39,878 nt of DNA from Candidatus Eiseniibacteriota bacterium (GTDB lineage: Bacteria; Eisenbacteria; RBG-16-71-46; DASYSL01): the NCBI GenBank assembly GCA_031431875.1, contig JANPEF010000109.1, forward strand, positions 1 to 39,878, written 5' to 3'. Positions 22,118 through 31,624 of this stretch are shown here, one piece after another. The notes below the pieces were generated by a model. That model was not told the DNA's origin, searched no databases, and was given only the letters and a program-made list of their open reading frames with translations. Made by a program: the position numbers and the translations under genes. Within the stretch, counting starts at the first letter, position 1; the number at the start of each line of letters is the position of its first letter.

Positions 22118-23626
22118 CTACATCCTCGGCATGGCTGACGAAGTGGTCCCCGCGGCCGAGGCGGGGGGCGTGCTGCCAGCGGGCGCCGAGGCTGCACCCA
22201 TTCCGCTGCGACCGGGCATGGAAGCGCCTCCCAGCACACCGAGCGCCGGGCCTGGGACCGGGTCGAGACTGAGTTCGCGCTGGGCGATTTCGACTCGCAG
22301 AGTGGCGCCGACCGATTCGTAGAAGCCGACCAGGTCGGCGAGATAGCCGCTCAGGGCGTCGAGCACCGAGGCGAACGGCACGCGCCCCACGCTGTACTGC
22401 GCCATGGCACTCGAAACCGTTGCCTGCGACTGGATGAGCACCCCCGAGCGATACAGGCGGTTGGTCTCGAGCAGCGCCGTGAGCATCGCCCGCCGTTCCT
22501 CGAGCCTCTGCCGGGCGAGCCGCCGGATGGTCTCGCAGGCGCTCGCGGCCGCTTTCCGGCGCAGCTGGTACTCATCGACGGCCCGGGACTGCTTGCTGCC
22601 GGCCCAGAGCGGAAGGGGAAAGGACACGCCCGCCTGCCACATCGTCTCGAACGTGCCACCCCGCGGCATCACGCCCCCGATCACCGTCAGGTCAGGGAAG
22701 TAGTCCTTCTTCGCAAGCGACACGAGAACGCCCGACTGTTCGGCTGCGAACTGTGCCTTCTGCAGCTCCGGAGTGCGGGCCTCGACCTCGGCCTCGGCAA
22801 TCGAGGAATCCGGCAGCGGGGGATCCGCAATGTCCCCCAGGGACACCGTGGTCCGGATCGGTTGATTGAGCGGATGACCGACTGAACGATTGAGCACGGC
22901 CAGTCGACGCCTCTCCTCGGACACCAGCGCCCAGCGTTGTTGCTGAAGCCGGCTTCGCTCCAGCTGGGTTCGCAACACGTCCGATTGCGCGCCTTCGCCG
23001 GTCTCGAATCGTGAGCGGGCGAGCCCCTCCGCCTGGATCCAGAGTGCTTCGAGCGTCCCGAGGACTCTGCTCTGGTCGCGGACGAGGAGCAAGTCCACGT
23101 ATCCGCGCTCGACTTCGGCCCGCACCGTGAGGCGGGCCCGTTCAAGATCGGCTTCGGATTGCTCCGCCCCCAGCGACTGCGCGCTCTCACGGAGTCCGCG
23201 CTTTCCGACCCAGGGAAACGTCTGCGCAGCCACGATGGACCACCAACTCGTCTCCATCTCCCCGATCTGGAGGCCATTGAATCCGTCGTTCTGGATCCCC
23301 AGCGAGATCACGGGATCGGGCAGTGCGCGCGCCTGCGGGATGCGAGCCCGTTCCGCATCCGCCGTCGCCTGCGCCTGTGCGAGCTCAGGGCGACTGCCGA
23401 GGGCCTCCCGCAGCAAGCCTGCGATCACGGAGTCCCGTCCAGGTTCCTCGGTGCCCGGCGCGGCACCCACGGGCTGCACCACCCCGAGGCCGAGAGTGAC
23501 GGCGAGATACGTCACGATCCTGCGCGGGGCTCGGAGTGCCCGCTCCGGGCCAACGCCTGGAAGGTTCGCGTGGCGCTTGCCAGCCAGGGCCGCCACCCGT
23601 GCCACGGTTCCGATGCGGAGCTGCAT
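22118..23626 (-). CDS. TolC/CusC-family outer-membrane efflux protein
   Basis: ALPDP.I..G, Q.FPW.GKR, YFPD.T, PLW helical OEP repeats. SD GGGAGAA before ATG 23626. Confidence 0.88.
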   Translation of the reverse strand: MQLRIGTVARVAALAGKRHANLPGVGPERALRAPRRIVTYLAVTLGLGVVQPVGAAPGTEEPGRDSVIAGLLREALGSRPELAQAQATADAERARIPQARALPDPVISLGIQNDGFNGLQIGEMETSWWSIVAAQTFPWVGKRGLRESAQSLGAEQSEADLERARLTVRAEVERGYVDLLLVRDQSRVLGTLEALWIQAEGLARSRFETGEGAQSDVLRTQLERSRLQQQRWALVSEERRRLAVLNRSVGHPLNQPIRTTVSLGDIADPPLPDSSIAEAEVEARTPELQKAQFAAEQSGVLVSLAKKDYFPDLTVIGGVMPRGGTFETMWQAGVSFPLPLWAGSKQSRAVDEYQLRRKAAASACETIRRLARQRLEERRAMLTALLETNRLYRSGVLIQSQATVSSAMAQYSVGRVPFASVLDALSGYLADLVGFYESVGATLRVEIAQRELSLDPVPGPALGVLGGASMPGRSGMGAASAPAGSTPPASAAGTTSSAMPRM

Positions 23627-23812
23627 GGACTTCTCCCGTCTGGCCACGATGGGCCGAGGAGCCCGATGGACGATCAGTCAGTGGAAAAGAGTCTCCCGCT
23701 CAAGCCGCAGGGCCGCTGATCCGCGCCGCGGGCCTGCAGCCCGCTGGAACTGTAGCGGCTGGGCAGGGCACACGCATGATGCGCGCGTGCTCAGCCCGGC
23801 AATCTGGGAGAA

Positions 23813-24253
23813 CTAGGCGGAAACGGGCGGCGCGCGCCGGCCATGCGCGCCGGGATCATCGGGGAGTGAGGGTCTCCCGACATCGAGCGCCGGAACCCGC
23901 CGGATGGTGATCGTTGGAATGAAGACGATGCGAGTGTTGCCGAAGACGATCAGTGCAGTCGTCGGGATGGGGGCCGCGACCAGCTCGATCGCCGAGGCCG
24001 GTATCGCACTCGGGAGCCGGAAGCACGCACAGCCCCAAGGGCAAGCGTCTCGATCGGGCCGATCGGACGTCGAGGCGTGGCCACTCGTCACCGCCCCGGG
24101 GGACACGCAACACTCGCGGGAGGCGGCCGTTTCGGAGGGGGTCGGCGCCGGGTGCTCCTTGCATCCCATGAAGGGACAGTGAGCCGACTCGACCGGCATG
24201 AGCAGCGCGAGCGCGGCGGCGATTGCCAGCTTGGTGATACGAGTGCGAATCAT
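23813..24253 (-). CDS. Small exported Cys-rich leader protein ending in RAPP (DUF2946/CruR-like)
   Basis: 146 aa with signal-like N-terminus, HCPFMGC, ECC, CPWGCAC and C-terminal HGRRAPPVSA*. Sits directly upstream of cusCBA. Confidence 0.75.
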   Translation of the reverse strand: MIRTRITKLAIAAALALLMPVESAHCPFMGCKEHPAPTPSETAASRECCVSPGAVTSGHASTSDRPDRDACPWGCACFRLPSAIPASAIELVAAPIPTTALIVFGNTRIVFIPTITIRRVPALDVGRPSLPDDPGAHGRRAPPVSA

Positions 24254-24312
24254 CGGTCCGACCCTGCGCCTCCCGACGGTCCGGGCACGGACCATCCAGG
24301 AAGACCAGACTC

Positions 24313-24327
24313 GCAAGAATCACGCCC
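24313..24327 (-). promoter_or_regulatory. Putative sigma54 (-24/-12) promoter for the cus leader/operon
   Basis: Minus strand GGGCGTGATTCTTGC has GG-N10-GC spacing with TTGC, 60 nt upstream of ATG 24253. Confidence 0.4.
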
Positions 24328-24391
24328 GTGTCTCACGGTGGGGAAGTCCGCCGGGCTTCCGTGTGATCCCCACCCTTGTTTCCGGGCACTT

Positions 24392-25309
24392 TCAGCCCGC
24401 TGCGAGGCGCACCTCAGGAAGTGCGAGATGGACCCGTTCCCTGACTCGATGACCGGGTTGACCGCCAGCTTGGCAGGCAGCGCAATGCTCACTACTTCCA
24501 GTGGGCCTGGTCGACGCGTCGGGTGACGGGGCGAGGGTCGGCTGGCTCAGCAAATCCTGAGTCACGTCTGCCACTTCGACGAATTCCGGCATGAGGATCG
24601 GCCGGCGCCATCCGTCGACGGTCAGCAGCTGCTCGAAGAACGCGCCGATCCGCTTGTCGCGGTCCATGAACTGGAGCTCGAGAATCCAGTCACGCGGACT
24701 GCCGTCCTTGGCCGGCGCTCGCATGGCGACGTGATTGTCCGGGCGGATCCAGGTGGTCGCGTCGTTTCCGTGGATGCTCTCGTGCGGAAAGTTGCCGATC
24801 AGGTGCCCGGAGTGCGCGAGGGCATACTCCCAACCGCGGGCGTGGCATTCGCTCACGAAGAATTGATAGAGCTCGTTCCCCGTGATGTCGGGGTGGGAGT
24901 CGAAGTGGCGCTTGCCGAGTCCCCAACACTCCTCGATGTCCCGTTGCATGCGCAGCTTCGTTGCGTCCGTGCCCAGAACGAAGGTTCTCCCGAGATCGGC
25001 TTCCCACTCCTCGAACACGGGGCCGAAGTCGAAGAAGCCGATGTCGTCCTCCTGAAGGACGAGCTCAGGCGGATTCTCCCTGTACAAGCAGAGCGTATTC
25101 GCGCCGGCCCGGACGATCCGCTTGTGCCAGTACTTCTTGATCCCGTACATCTCGAACGCGAGGGCGTAAACGTCCTCGTTGAGCTCGGCTTCGGAGACCC
25201 CGGGCGCGATGAGATTGCGCCTGCCGGCCTCGGCGAAGAGCGCGACCGCCTTGGCCTCCGCCTCGCGAAGCGATCGGCGGCGAGCACTGGAATCCGGAAT
25301 GGTCGGCAT
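24392..25309 (-). CDS. M24-family metallopeptidase (Xaa-Pro aminopeptidase-like, catalytic domain only)
   Basis: WHKRIVRAGANTL, DFGPVFEEWEADLGRT, GHLIGNFPHE, WILE, FFEQLL. The last ~70 aa look non-conserved. Confidence 0.85.
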   Translation of the reverse strand: MPTIPDSSARRRSLREAEAKAVALFAEAGRRNLIAPGVSEAELNEDVYALAFEMYGIKKYWHKRIVRAGANTLCLYRENPPELVLQEDDIGFFDFGPVFEEWEADLGRTFVLGTDATKLRMQRDIEECWGLGKRHFDSHPDITGNELYQFFVSECHARGWEYALAHSGHLIGNFPHESIHGNDATTWIRPDNHVAMRAPAKDGSPRDWILELQFMDRDKRIGAFFEQLLTVDGWRRPILMPEFVEVADVTQDLLSQPTLAPSPDASTRPTGSSEHCAACQAGGQPGHRVRERVHLALPEVRLAAG

Positions 25310-25324
25310 GGAGTACCCCTCGCG

Positions 25325-28300
25325 TCACACGCCCTTCGGGCGAGCCTCTCCTCCCCAGCGCGCAAAGAGCACGGGGACGACGACCATGTTGAGGAAGGTC
25401 GAGGTGAGGAGCCCGCCGAGAATGACCTGCGCCATCGGGCTCTGGATCTCGTTGCCCGGTTTGCCGCCGGCGATGACGAGGGGAATGAGTGCCAATCCCG
25501 CGGTCAGCGCCGTCATGAGCACCGGCGCAAGACGCTCGTGCGAGCCGCGCCGCACGGCCTCCTGCAGGGGAATGCCTTCCGCCATCAGGTGCTGATAGTG
25601 ACTGACGAGCAGGACTCCGTTGCGCGTCGCGATCCCGAACAGCGTGATGAACCCGACCAGCGCCGCCACGCTAAGCGTCCCGCTGCCCAGTGCGACCGCA
25701 AAGACGCCGCCGATCAGCGCCAGGGGCAGGTTCACCAGAACGATCATCGTGTGCCGGTGGCTCCGGAATGCGACATACAGCAGCGCGTACATGGCCAGCA
25801 GGATGAGGATCGAGAGGGCTGCCAGGTTGCGGACACTCGAGATCGCCTGCTCGAACTGGCCGCCATAGGTGACGCGGTATCCGGCCGGCAGGGTCAGGCC
25901 GCGATTCAGCCGGCGCTGGGCCTCCTCGACCGTCCCGGCCAGGTCGGCACCGGAGACGTTGGCCGTGAGCATCGCGATCCGCTCGACGTTCTCGCGGCGG
26001 ACCATGCTCGGTCCCAGGTCGAACCGCACCCGCGCCACCTCGCCGAGGCGAATGACCTTCCCCGCAGGCGTGGTCACCGGCAAGGCCTCGAGCTGCCCGC
26101 GATTCATGCGCAGGTGCTCGGGGAAGCGGACGATGACGCGAGAGACGACTCCTTCTTCCACGATTTCGCCGCTCGGGGCACCCTGGAACAGTGATTCCAC
26201 CGTCCGCGCAAGGGATCCTGCGCTCAGCCCGTAGCGGGCCATGGCTGTGCGATCGAAGTCGATGAGCAACTGGGGGACGCTCGCCTGTTCCTGGTTGCTC
26301 AGGTCGACGATCCCCCGCACCCCGCTCAGGAGCTGCTCGGCGCGGCCCGACAGGGCGCGCAGCACGGCGAGGTCCGGCCCGAAGATCTTCACGGCGAGGT
26401 TCGACTTGCTGCCCGAGACCATGTGATCGATGCGATGACTGATGGGTTGCCCGAAGCTGACCTCGGCCCCAGGAATCGTGGAGACGGCGCGGCGCATGGC
26501 CGCCAGCAGCTCCTCTTTGGGCCGGCCGGGCTGCAGCACGACTTCCATTTCCGAGGCGTTGACGCCCTGCACGTGTTCGTCCTTCTCGGCCCGACCCGTG
26601 CGCCGGCTGGTCGAGACCACCTCCGGAAACGACAGGAGCGAACGCTCGACTTCACGCCCGATCTCGTCGCTCTCCGCGAGCGTGATCCCCGGGGCGCTCA
26701 CGACGGACACGGTGAGTGAACCTTCATTGAATGGCGGCAGGAAGCTGCGGCCGAGGAACGGCAGGAGGGTCAGGGCGGCGACGAGGAGCACGCCGGTCAC
26801 GACGTAGATGATCCGTGGCCTTCCCATCGCCGGGCCGAGGATCCGCTCGTAACGCCCCTTGATGGTTCGCAGTAGCCATGGCTCCTCGCGGTCGAGCGCC
26901 TTCGACCCCGGCAGGAGCAGGTAGCACAGCACCGGGGTGACGGTCAGGGACACGAGAAACGATGCAGCAATGGCGGCGATATAGGCGAAACCGAGGGGTC
27001 GAAGGAGGCGGCCTTCGATTCCGGGCAGGACGAACAGCGGCAGGAACACGAGGACGATGATCACAGTGGCGAAGAAGATCGGATTGCTGACCTCGGATGT
27101 CGCCGCATAGACCACGTCGAAGACGGACCGGCGAGCCTCCTGGGCTTTCCCATATTCCTCGCGCAATCGCCGGAAGACGTTCTCGACCGCGATGATGGCA
27201 TCGTCGACCAGGGCGCCGATCGCGATCGTCATGCCGCCGAGCGACATCGTGTTGATCGTCCCGCCGAAGAGCGAGATGGTCAGGATTCCCGCCAGCAGGG
27301 ACAGCGGAATGGCGATCGCAGAGATCGCCGTGGTCCGCAGATTGCCCAGGAAGATGAACAGGATGAACACGACGAGAATCGCCCCGTCCCGGAGCGCGGC
27401 GACGACGTTCTCGATCGCCACGTCGATGAAGTCGGCCTGGCGGAAGTTCTCCTTCGCGATCACGACACCCTTGGGCAGGCTGCGTTGCAGATCCACGAGG
27501 ACCGCGTCGATCTCGCGCGTCAGCACCAGCGTGTTTGCTCCCGGTTGCTTCTGGACGCTGAGGATCACGGCCGGTTCCGCCTTGTAGGCCGCCGTTCCCC
27601 GTTTGGGCTCCGGCCCCTCGCGCACGGTGCCGAGATCCCCCACGGTGATCGGCGTACCGTTCTCGGTGACTCGGACCACGGCGGAAGCGAGATCGTTGAC
27701 CCCTCGCGCTCGACCGAGCCCCCGGACGAGATATTCCTGACCCTGGTCGACGTGAAACCCCGCGGCCGGGCTCTGCGTCACCTCTCCGAGGCGTTCGATG
27801 ACGTCGTCGACGGTGACCGATCGCTGGGCGAGAGCGGCCGCGTTGAGCTCGACCTGGTACTCGCGAACGTCACCACCAATGGGGACGACCTGCGAGATTC
27901 CCGGGATGGCAAGCAGGCTGCGACGGACTGTGGTCTCGGCCACCCGCCTCAGCTCCATGGCCGAGATCGTCTTCGCGTCCGAGGTCAGCGCGATGAACGT
28001 GATCTCGCCCATGATCGAGCTGATCGGCCCCAGCTCCGGGGCCTCGAGATGGGACGGCAGGCTCACACCCTGCACCCGTTCGGCGACCACCTGGCGGGCT
28101 CGATAGACGTCCTCGCCCCAGGCGAATTCCACCCAGATGACCGAGATCCCCGCCGCCGACACCGAGCGCACCCGCCGGACGCCGGGGGCGCCATTGAGGG
28201 TCGACTCGAGGGGAAACGTGACGATCAGCTCCACTTCCTCGGGCGCCATGCCCGGACCCTCGGTGATGACCGTCACGGTCGGCGCCGTCAGGTCCGGGAA

Positions 28301-28414
28301 GATGTCGACCGGCATGCGTGCCATCCACAACGAGCCCAGGACCAGCAGGAGCCCGGCGGCGACAAGCACCGGGGTCCGGTGCAGGAGGGCGAAACGAATC
28401 AGACGATTGAGCAT
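25325..28414 (-). CDS. CzcA/CusA-family heavy-metal efflux RND permease (divalent-cation, CzcA-like branch)
   Basis: PVDIFPDL..P.VTV.TE, GALVDDAIIAVEN, ERLAPVLMTALTA.LALIPL, LLTSTFLNM. Lacks the CusA Met motifs. Confidence 0.92.
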   Translation of the reverse strand: MLNRLIRFALLHRTPVLVAAGLLLVLGSLWMARMPVDIFPDLTAPTVTVITEGPGMAPEEVELIVTFPLESTLNGAPGVRRVRSVSAAGISVIWVEFAWGEDVYRARQVVAERVQGVSLPSHLEAPELGPISSIMGEITFIALTSDAKTISAMELRRVAETTVRRSLLAIPGISQVVPIGGDVREYQVELNAAALAQRSVTVDDVIERLGEVTQSPAAGFHVDQGQEYLVRGLGRARGVNDLASAVVRVTENGTPITVGDLGTVREGPEPKRGTAAYKAEPAVILSVQKQPGANTLVLTREIDAVLVDLQRSLPKGVVIAKENFRQADFIDVAIENVVAALRDGAILVVFILFIFLGNLRTTAISAIAIPLSLLAGILTISLFGGTINTMSLGGMTIAIGALVDDAIIAVENVFRRLREEYGKAQEARRSVFDVVYAATSEVSNPIFFATVIIVLVFLPLFVLPGIEGRLLRPLGFAYIAAIAASFLVSLTVTPVLCYLLLPGSKALDREEPWLLRTIKGRYERILGPAMGRPRIIYVVTGVLLVAALTLLPFLGRSFLPPFNEGSLTVSVVSAPGITLAESDEIGREVERSLLSFPEVVSTSRRTGRAEKDEHVQGVNASEMEVVLQPGRPKEELLAAMRRAVSTIPGAEVSFGQPISHRIDHMVSGSKSNLAVKIFGPDLAVLRALSGRAEQLLSGVRGIVDLSNQEQASVPQLLIDFDRTAMARYGLSAGSLARTVESLFQGAPSGEIVEEGVVSRVIVRFPEHLRMNRGQLEALPVTTPAGKVIRLGEVARVRFDLGPSMVRRENVERIAMLTANVSGADLAGTVEEAQRRLNRGLTLPAGYRVTYGGQFEQAISSVRNLAALSILILLAMYALLYVAFRSHRHTMIVLVNLPLALIGGVFAVALGSGTLSVAALVGFITLFGIATRNGVLLVSHYQHLMAEGIPLQEAVRRGSHERLAPVLMTALTAGLALIPLVIAGGKPGNEIQSPMAQVILGGLLTSTFLNMVVVPVLFARWGGEARPKGV

Positions 28415-28429
28415 GTCGTTCTCCCTCGG

Positions 28430-29944
28430 TTAATGGACGTGGCCTTCCGGCGGACCCGAACGCAGTAGTGCAGCGCGGCGGATGGCAGAGCCGCCACGCG
28501 TGACGACGCGACTCCATTCCGAGACTCCTTCGACCAGGACGCGATCGCCCTGTGTCGCGGTCACTCGCACTTCCTGCCGAACGAAACTCTCTCCGTCGAG
28601 CTGCAGGTAGACGACGGGAACACCGCCGTCGTCGATCACCGCAGTGGTCGGCACCACGATGCCGCGAACCTCCTGGGGCAGCAGGACGTCGGCGGTCACG
28701 GCCATTCCGGGTCGCAGGGGGCTGCTCGTTCGCACTTCGATGATGGCGCCGACGGACCCTGTCGTGCGGTCCACCTCGGGTGCTCGCGAGACCAGGCGAA
28801 CCTCATCGGGGCCAAGCGTGATCGGTGGCTGATCGCCCGGTGGATGGAGGACCAGCCCCGAGACGCTCTGGCCGAGCGCTCCGGCTTCGGCAGGGCTCAG
28901 CGCCACTTCGACCCACAGGGGATTCGTGCGCACGACCCGGGCCAGCGGTGTCCCGGCGGTGACCGCCTGTCCCGGCACCACCGAGAGCTCGGCGATGCGG
29001 CCCGCGATCGGGGCCCGTACCGGCACAGGCGTTCCACCTCCGTTGATGGCGCGCTGTTCGGACGAGAGCGTGCTGACACGCGCGCGGGCTTCTTCGACCT
29101 CGGCCGAGCTGACGGCTTCGAGCTTCAGCAGTTCCTCGAGACGCTCGAGGCGAGCGCGCGCCAGCTGAAGGTCCGAGCTGATCTGGGACAGGCTGCGGTC
29201 GGAGGCGACCCGCGGAGTGAGGCTGATCACGCCGGCGCCGCGTGCGACATCCATTCCGACGAAGGCCTGGGTCGTGGCCGCGACGATTCCGTCGAGCGGC
29301 GCGATCAGAAGCGCCTCACCGCCGGCGGCGGGACGGATGCGCGCCGGCCCGGATGCAGTGCGATGCACCGTTCCCTGGCGTGCCCACTCGGTTGCGAAGG
29401 GGGTGCGCCATTGCTGCTCCTTGAGGAAGCTGATCGGCTCTCCGGAAGGAGTTCCGGCGCTGGTGGCCGATGGCGGCCCATACGTGGGCGGTGTGACCAG
29501 CCCCCCCACGGAGTCGCCTTCGGCGACCCGAACCTGTCCTGACGCGATGTTCTCGGTGCCCGCAGCGCTCTCGACGCGAAAGAGAAGGTCGAAGACGCCG
29601 GGGCGCGCAGGCTTCAGCTCGATCGAGTAGATGCCGTCGCGCAGCGCTTTCTCCTGGCGAAAGAGCTGCTCTCCACCCTGCGGGTCGCGCAAGACTGCGA
29701 CGACGACGCCCTCCTTCAGCGGTGGGAAGCCGTCGAGGATCGTCACGTGGGTATGCGACTTCGAGACTTCGCCGACGACGAGCGGGTCGGCTTCGGCAAA
29801 AATCTCGTAGCGATCCCCCCATGCGGTCACCGCCCAGCCCTCTTCCTCCTCGTGCCCTGCGGTGCCCTGATTGTCGGAGCGACCCTGACAACCGGCGGCC
29901 GCGACGGCCATCACGAGCGCCAGCAGCGAGAGTGAAACCTTCAT
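28430..29944 (-). CDS. RND periplasmic adaptor lipoprotein (CzcB-like)
   Basis: Lipobox AAAGC after MKVSLSLLALV, FLKEQQW, VRAPIAG, C-terminal GHVH. ATGA overlap with the upstream TolC gene. Confidence 0.88.
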   Translation of the reverse strand: MKVSLSLLALVMAVAAAGCQGRSDNQGTAGHEEEEGWAVTAWGDRYEIFAEADPLVVGEVSKSHTHVTILDGFPPLKEGVVVAVLRDPQGGEQLFRQEKALRDGIYSIELKPARPGVFDLLFRVESAAGTENIASGQVRVAEGDSVGGLVTPPTYGPPSATSAGTPSGEPISFLKEQQWRTPFATEWARQGTVHRTASGPARIRPAAGGEALLIAPLDGIVAATTQAFVGMDVARGAGVISLTPRVASDRSLSQISSDLQLARARLERLEELLKLEAVSSAEVEEARARVSTLSSEQRAINGGGTPVPVRAPIAGRIAELSVVPGQAVTAGTPLARVVRTNPLWVEVALSPAEAGALGQSVSGLVLHPPGDQPPITLGPDEVRLVSRAPEVDRTTGSVGAIIEVRTSSPLRPGMAVTADVLLPQEVRGIVVPTTAVIDDGGVPVVYLQLDGESFVRQEVRVTATQGDRVLVEGVSEWSRVVTRGGSAIRRAALLRSGPPEGHVH

Positions 29945-31164
29945 CGGGAACCTCCATCCGAGGTGAGGGGTCGGCCGGCGGCGAGCTCGAGCTCGCGGTG
30001 CGCCTGAAGCGCGGCTGCGTAGAGGTCGAGGGCGGCGAGGCGCACGCTCAGCGCCGATCGCAACGTCTCGATGAGATCCGTGAGGCGGCTCTCGCCGAGC
30101 CGGAAGGTCGCCGTGGCGCTGCGCTCGACCGTGTCGACATGGGCGGCGGTTTCGAGCCCGAGGAGTGCGGCTTCGCGGAGTCGCGCGTAGGAGACGCGAG
30201 CTGCGGGCAACTCCGCGCGAGCGCGAGCGGTCGCCAGTTCGAGACGCGCCCGCGCGGCCGAAAGGTGGGCCGAGGCCGCGGCTTTCTCCGGCTGCTGGCG
30301 ATCGAAGAGGGGCAACGGCCAGCTCACGCCCATCACGGGGCCTGCGGTCTCGCTGACGTCGTCTCGAATGCGTTGCCAGCCGAAGGAGAGTTCGGGGAAC
30401 TGGACTACACGCCGACCCGCTCGAAGCTCCCACTCGGCTTCCTCGACCTCCGACCGTCGTGCCAGGAGGTCAGCACGAATCGGTGTCGCCGCTGTATCGC
30501 TCACGACTGGGAGATCCGGTCGTTCTGGCGACGCTTCGTCAGTCAGATCCGGACGCCACACGAGCGCCACCGCCCTGGCGAGAGTCGCCTTCGCTTCGGC
30601 CTGGACCGCCTCCGCCTGGACTTCCAGGGCAACCAGGGACAGACGGCGTGCGGCCAGCCCGGACTCTTCTCCACTGCGAGCTCTCGATTGCATCTGCGAG
30701 CTCAGGCGCTGGATCAATTCCAGATGATGATCGAGCACGATCTGCCGCTCGGCGTTCAGGGCCCAGTCGGCGAAGGCGGCACGCAAGTCGGATCGAAGCT
30801 TCAGCCGACTGGCTTCGAGGTCGTAGGTCGCCACCTGCAGGCCCGCGCGCGAGGCTCCGACGGCGGCACCGCGACGGCCGTCGAAGAACGGCGGCGTCCA
30901 TGCGATCCGCCACGTGGTCTGTTCCGCCGCGTCGTGCGGAGCTTCGCGCTCGAATTCCACGACCGGATTGGGCCAGAGCCCGGCTCGGGCGTGCTCGGCC
31001 TGCGCCGCACCCAGACGGTCGGAGAGTGCGGCAGTGGCGGACTGTCCACCGTCCAACGCCTTCAGGAACTCGGTTTCAGTGACGTGATCCTGAGCCAGGG
31101 CGGGCGTGGTCGAGTCGAGGACGGCAAGGAGGCACGCAAGGGCAAGGGGGTATGGATACCGCAT
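29941..31164 (-). CDS. TolC/CzcC-family outer-membrane efflux protein
   Basis: Signal peptide, WPNP, PLPLFDRQQ, GESRLTDL OEP repeats. SD GGAG. Confidence 0.88.
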   Translation of the reverse strand: MRYPYPLALACLLAVLDSTTPALAQDHVTETEFLKALDGGQSATAALSDRLGAAQAEHARAGLWPNPVVEFEREAPHDAAEQTTWRIAWTPPFFDGRRGAAVGASRAGLQVATYDLEASRLKLRSDLRAAFADWALNAERQIVLDHHLELIQRLSSQMQSRARSGEESGLAARRLSLVALEVQAEAVQAEAKATLARAVALVWRPDLTDEASPERPDLPVVSDTAATPIRADLLARRSEVEEAEWELRAGRRVVQFPELSFGWQRIRDDVSETAGPVMGVSWPLPLFDRQQPEKAAASAHLSAARARLELATARARAELPAARVSYARLREAALLGLETAAHVDTVERSATATFRLGESRLTDLIETLRSALSVRLAALDLYAAALQAHRELELAAGRPLTSDGGSR

Positions 31165-31170
31165 GGGATC

Positions 31171-31245
31171 TCCGATCGAGCGTCAGGAAACACGACGAGT
31201 GGCCAGTGTCGGGGCAGAACGAATCCCTGAACCGGCTCGATCAGA
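31171..31245 (-). promoter_or_regulatory. mRNA hairpin joining the leader stop codon to the SD of the TolC gene
   Basis: In the mRNA, UCUGAUCGAGC (31245-31235) pairs with GCUCGAUCGGA (31181-31171). Inner UCAGGGA (31230-31224) pairs with UUCCUGA (31189-31183). Confidence 0.65.
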
Positions 31246-31618
31246 TGCGGAGGATGTGGGGGTTCCGGAGTCCTGGGGGCGCTCCCCGTGGGGGCAAGTC
31301 AGGCAGGGAAAGCTCGGACGAACATGCCGCTCCAAGGCGCCAATCGAGCGGGCGGAGCGCGAACGCAAGCGAGGGGGCTGTAGTCTGGGGGCGAGATCCG
31401 AGGCGGGCCCGCTCATCGACCGGGCTCGAGAAATCGTGATCGTGATCGGAGTCGGGTCCGTGATGGTCCAACAGCGCCGCGACTCCTTGCGCCTTGGGGT
31501 GATCGTCCACAGCATGCCCAAGGACCACATGAAGCTGGATCAACTGGCTGCTGCCAGCGGCCAGGATCCAGAGGCACAGCCAGAGGCCGGCCAGTCTGCG
31601 GTGACGCGGGAAGGGCAT
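31241..31618 (-). CDS. Small His-rich membrane/exported leader protein upstream of czcCBA-like operon
   Basis: 125 aa with hydrophobic N-terminal helix, HVVLGH, DHHGPDSDHDHD and C-terminal LPPRGAPPGLRNPHILRI*. Confidence 0.72.
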   Translation of the reverse strand: MPFPRHRRLAGLWLCLWILAAGSSQLIQLHVVLGHAVDDHPKAQGVAALLDHHGPDSDHDHDFSSPVDERARLGSRPQTTAPSLAFALRPLDWRLGAACSSELSLPDLPPRGAPPGLRNPHILRI

Positions 31619-31624
31619 GGCGGC

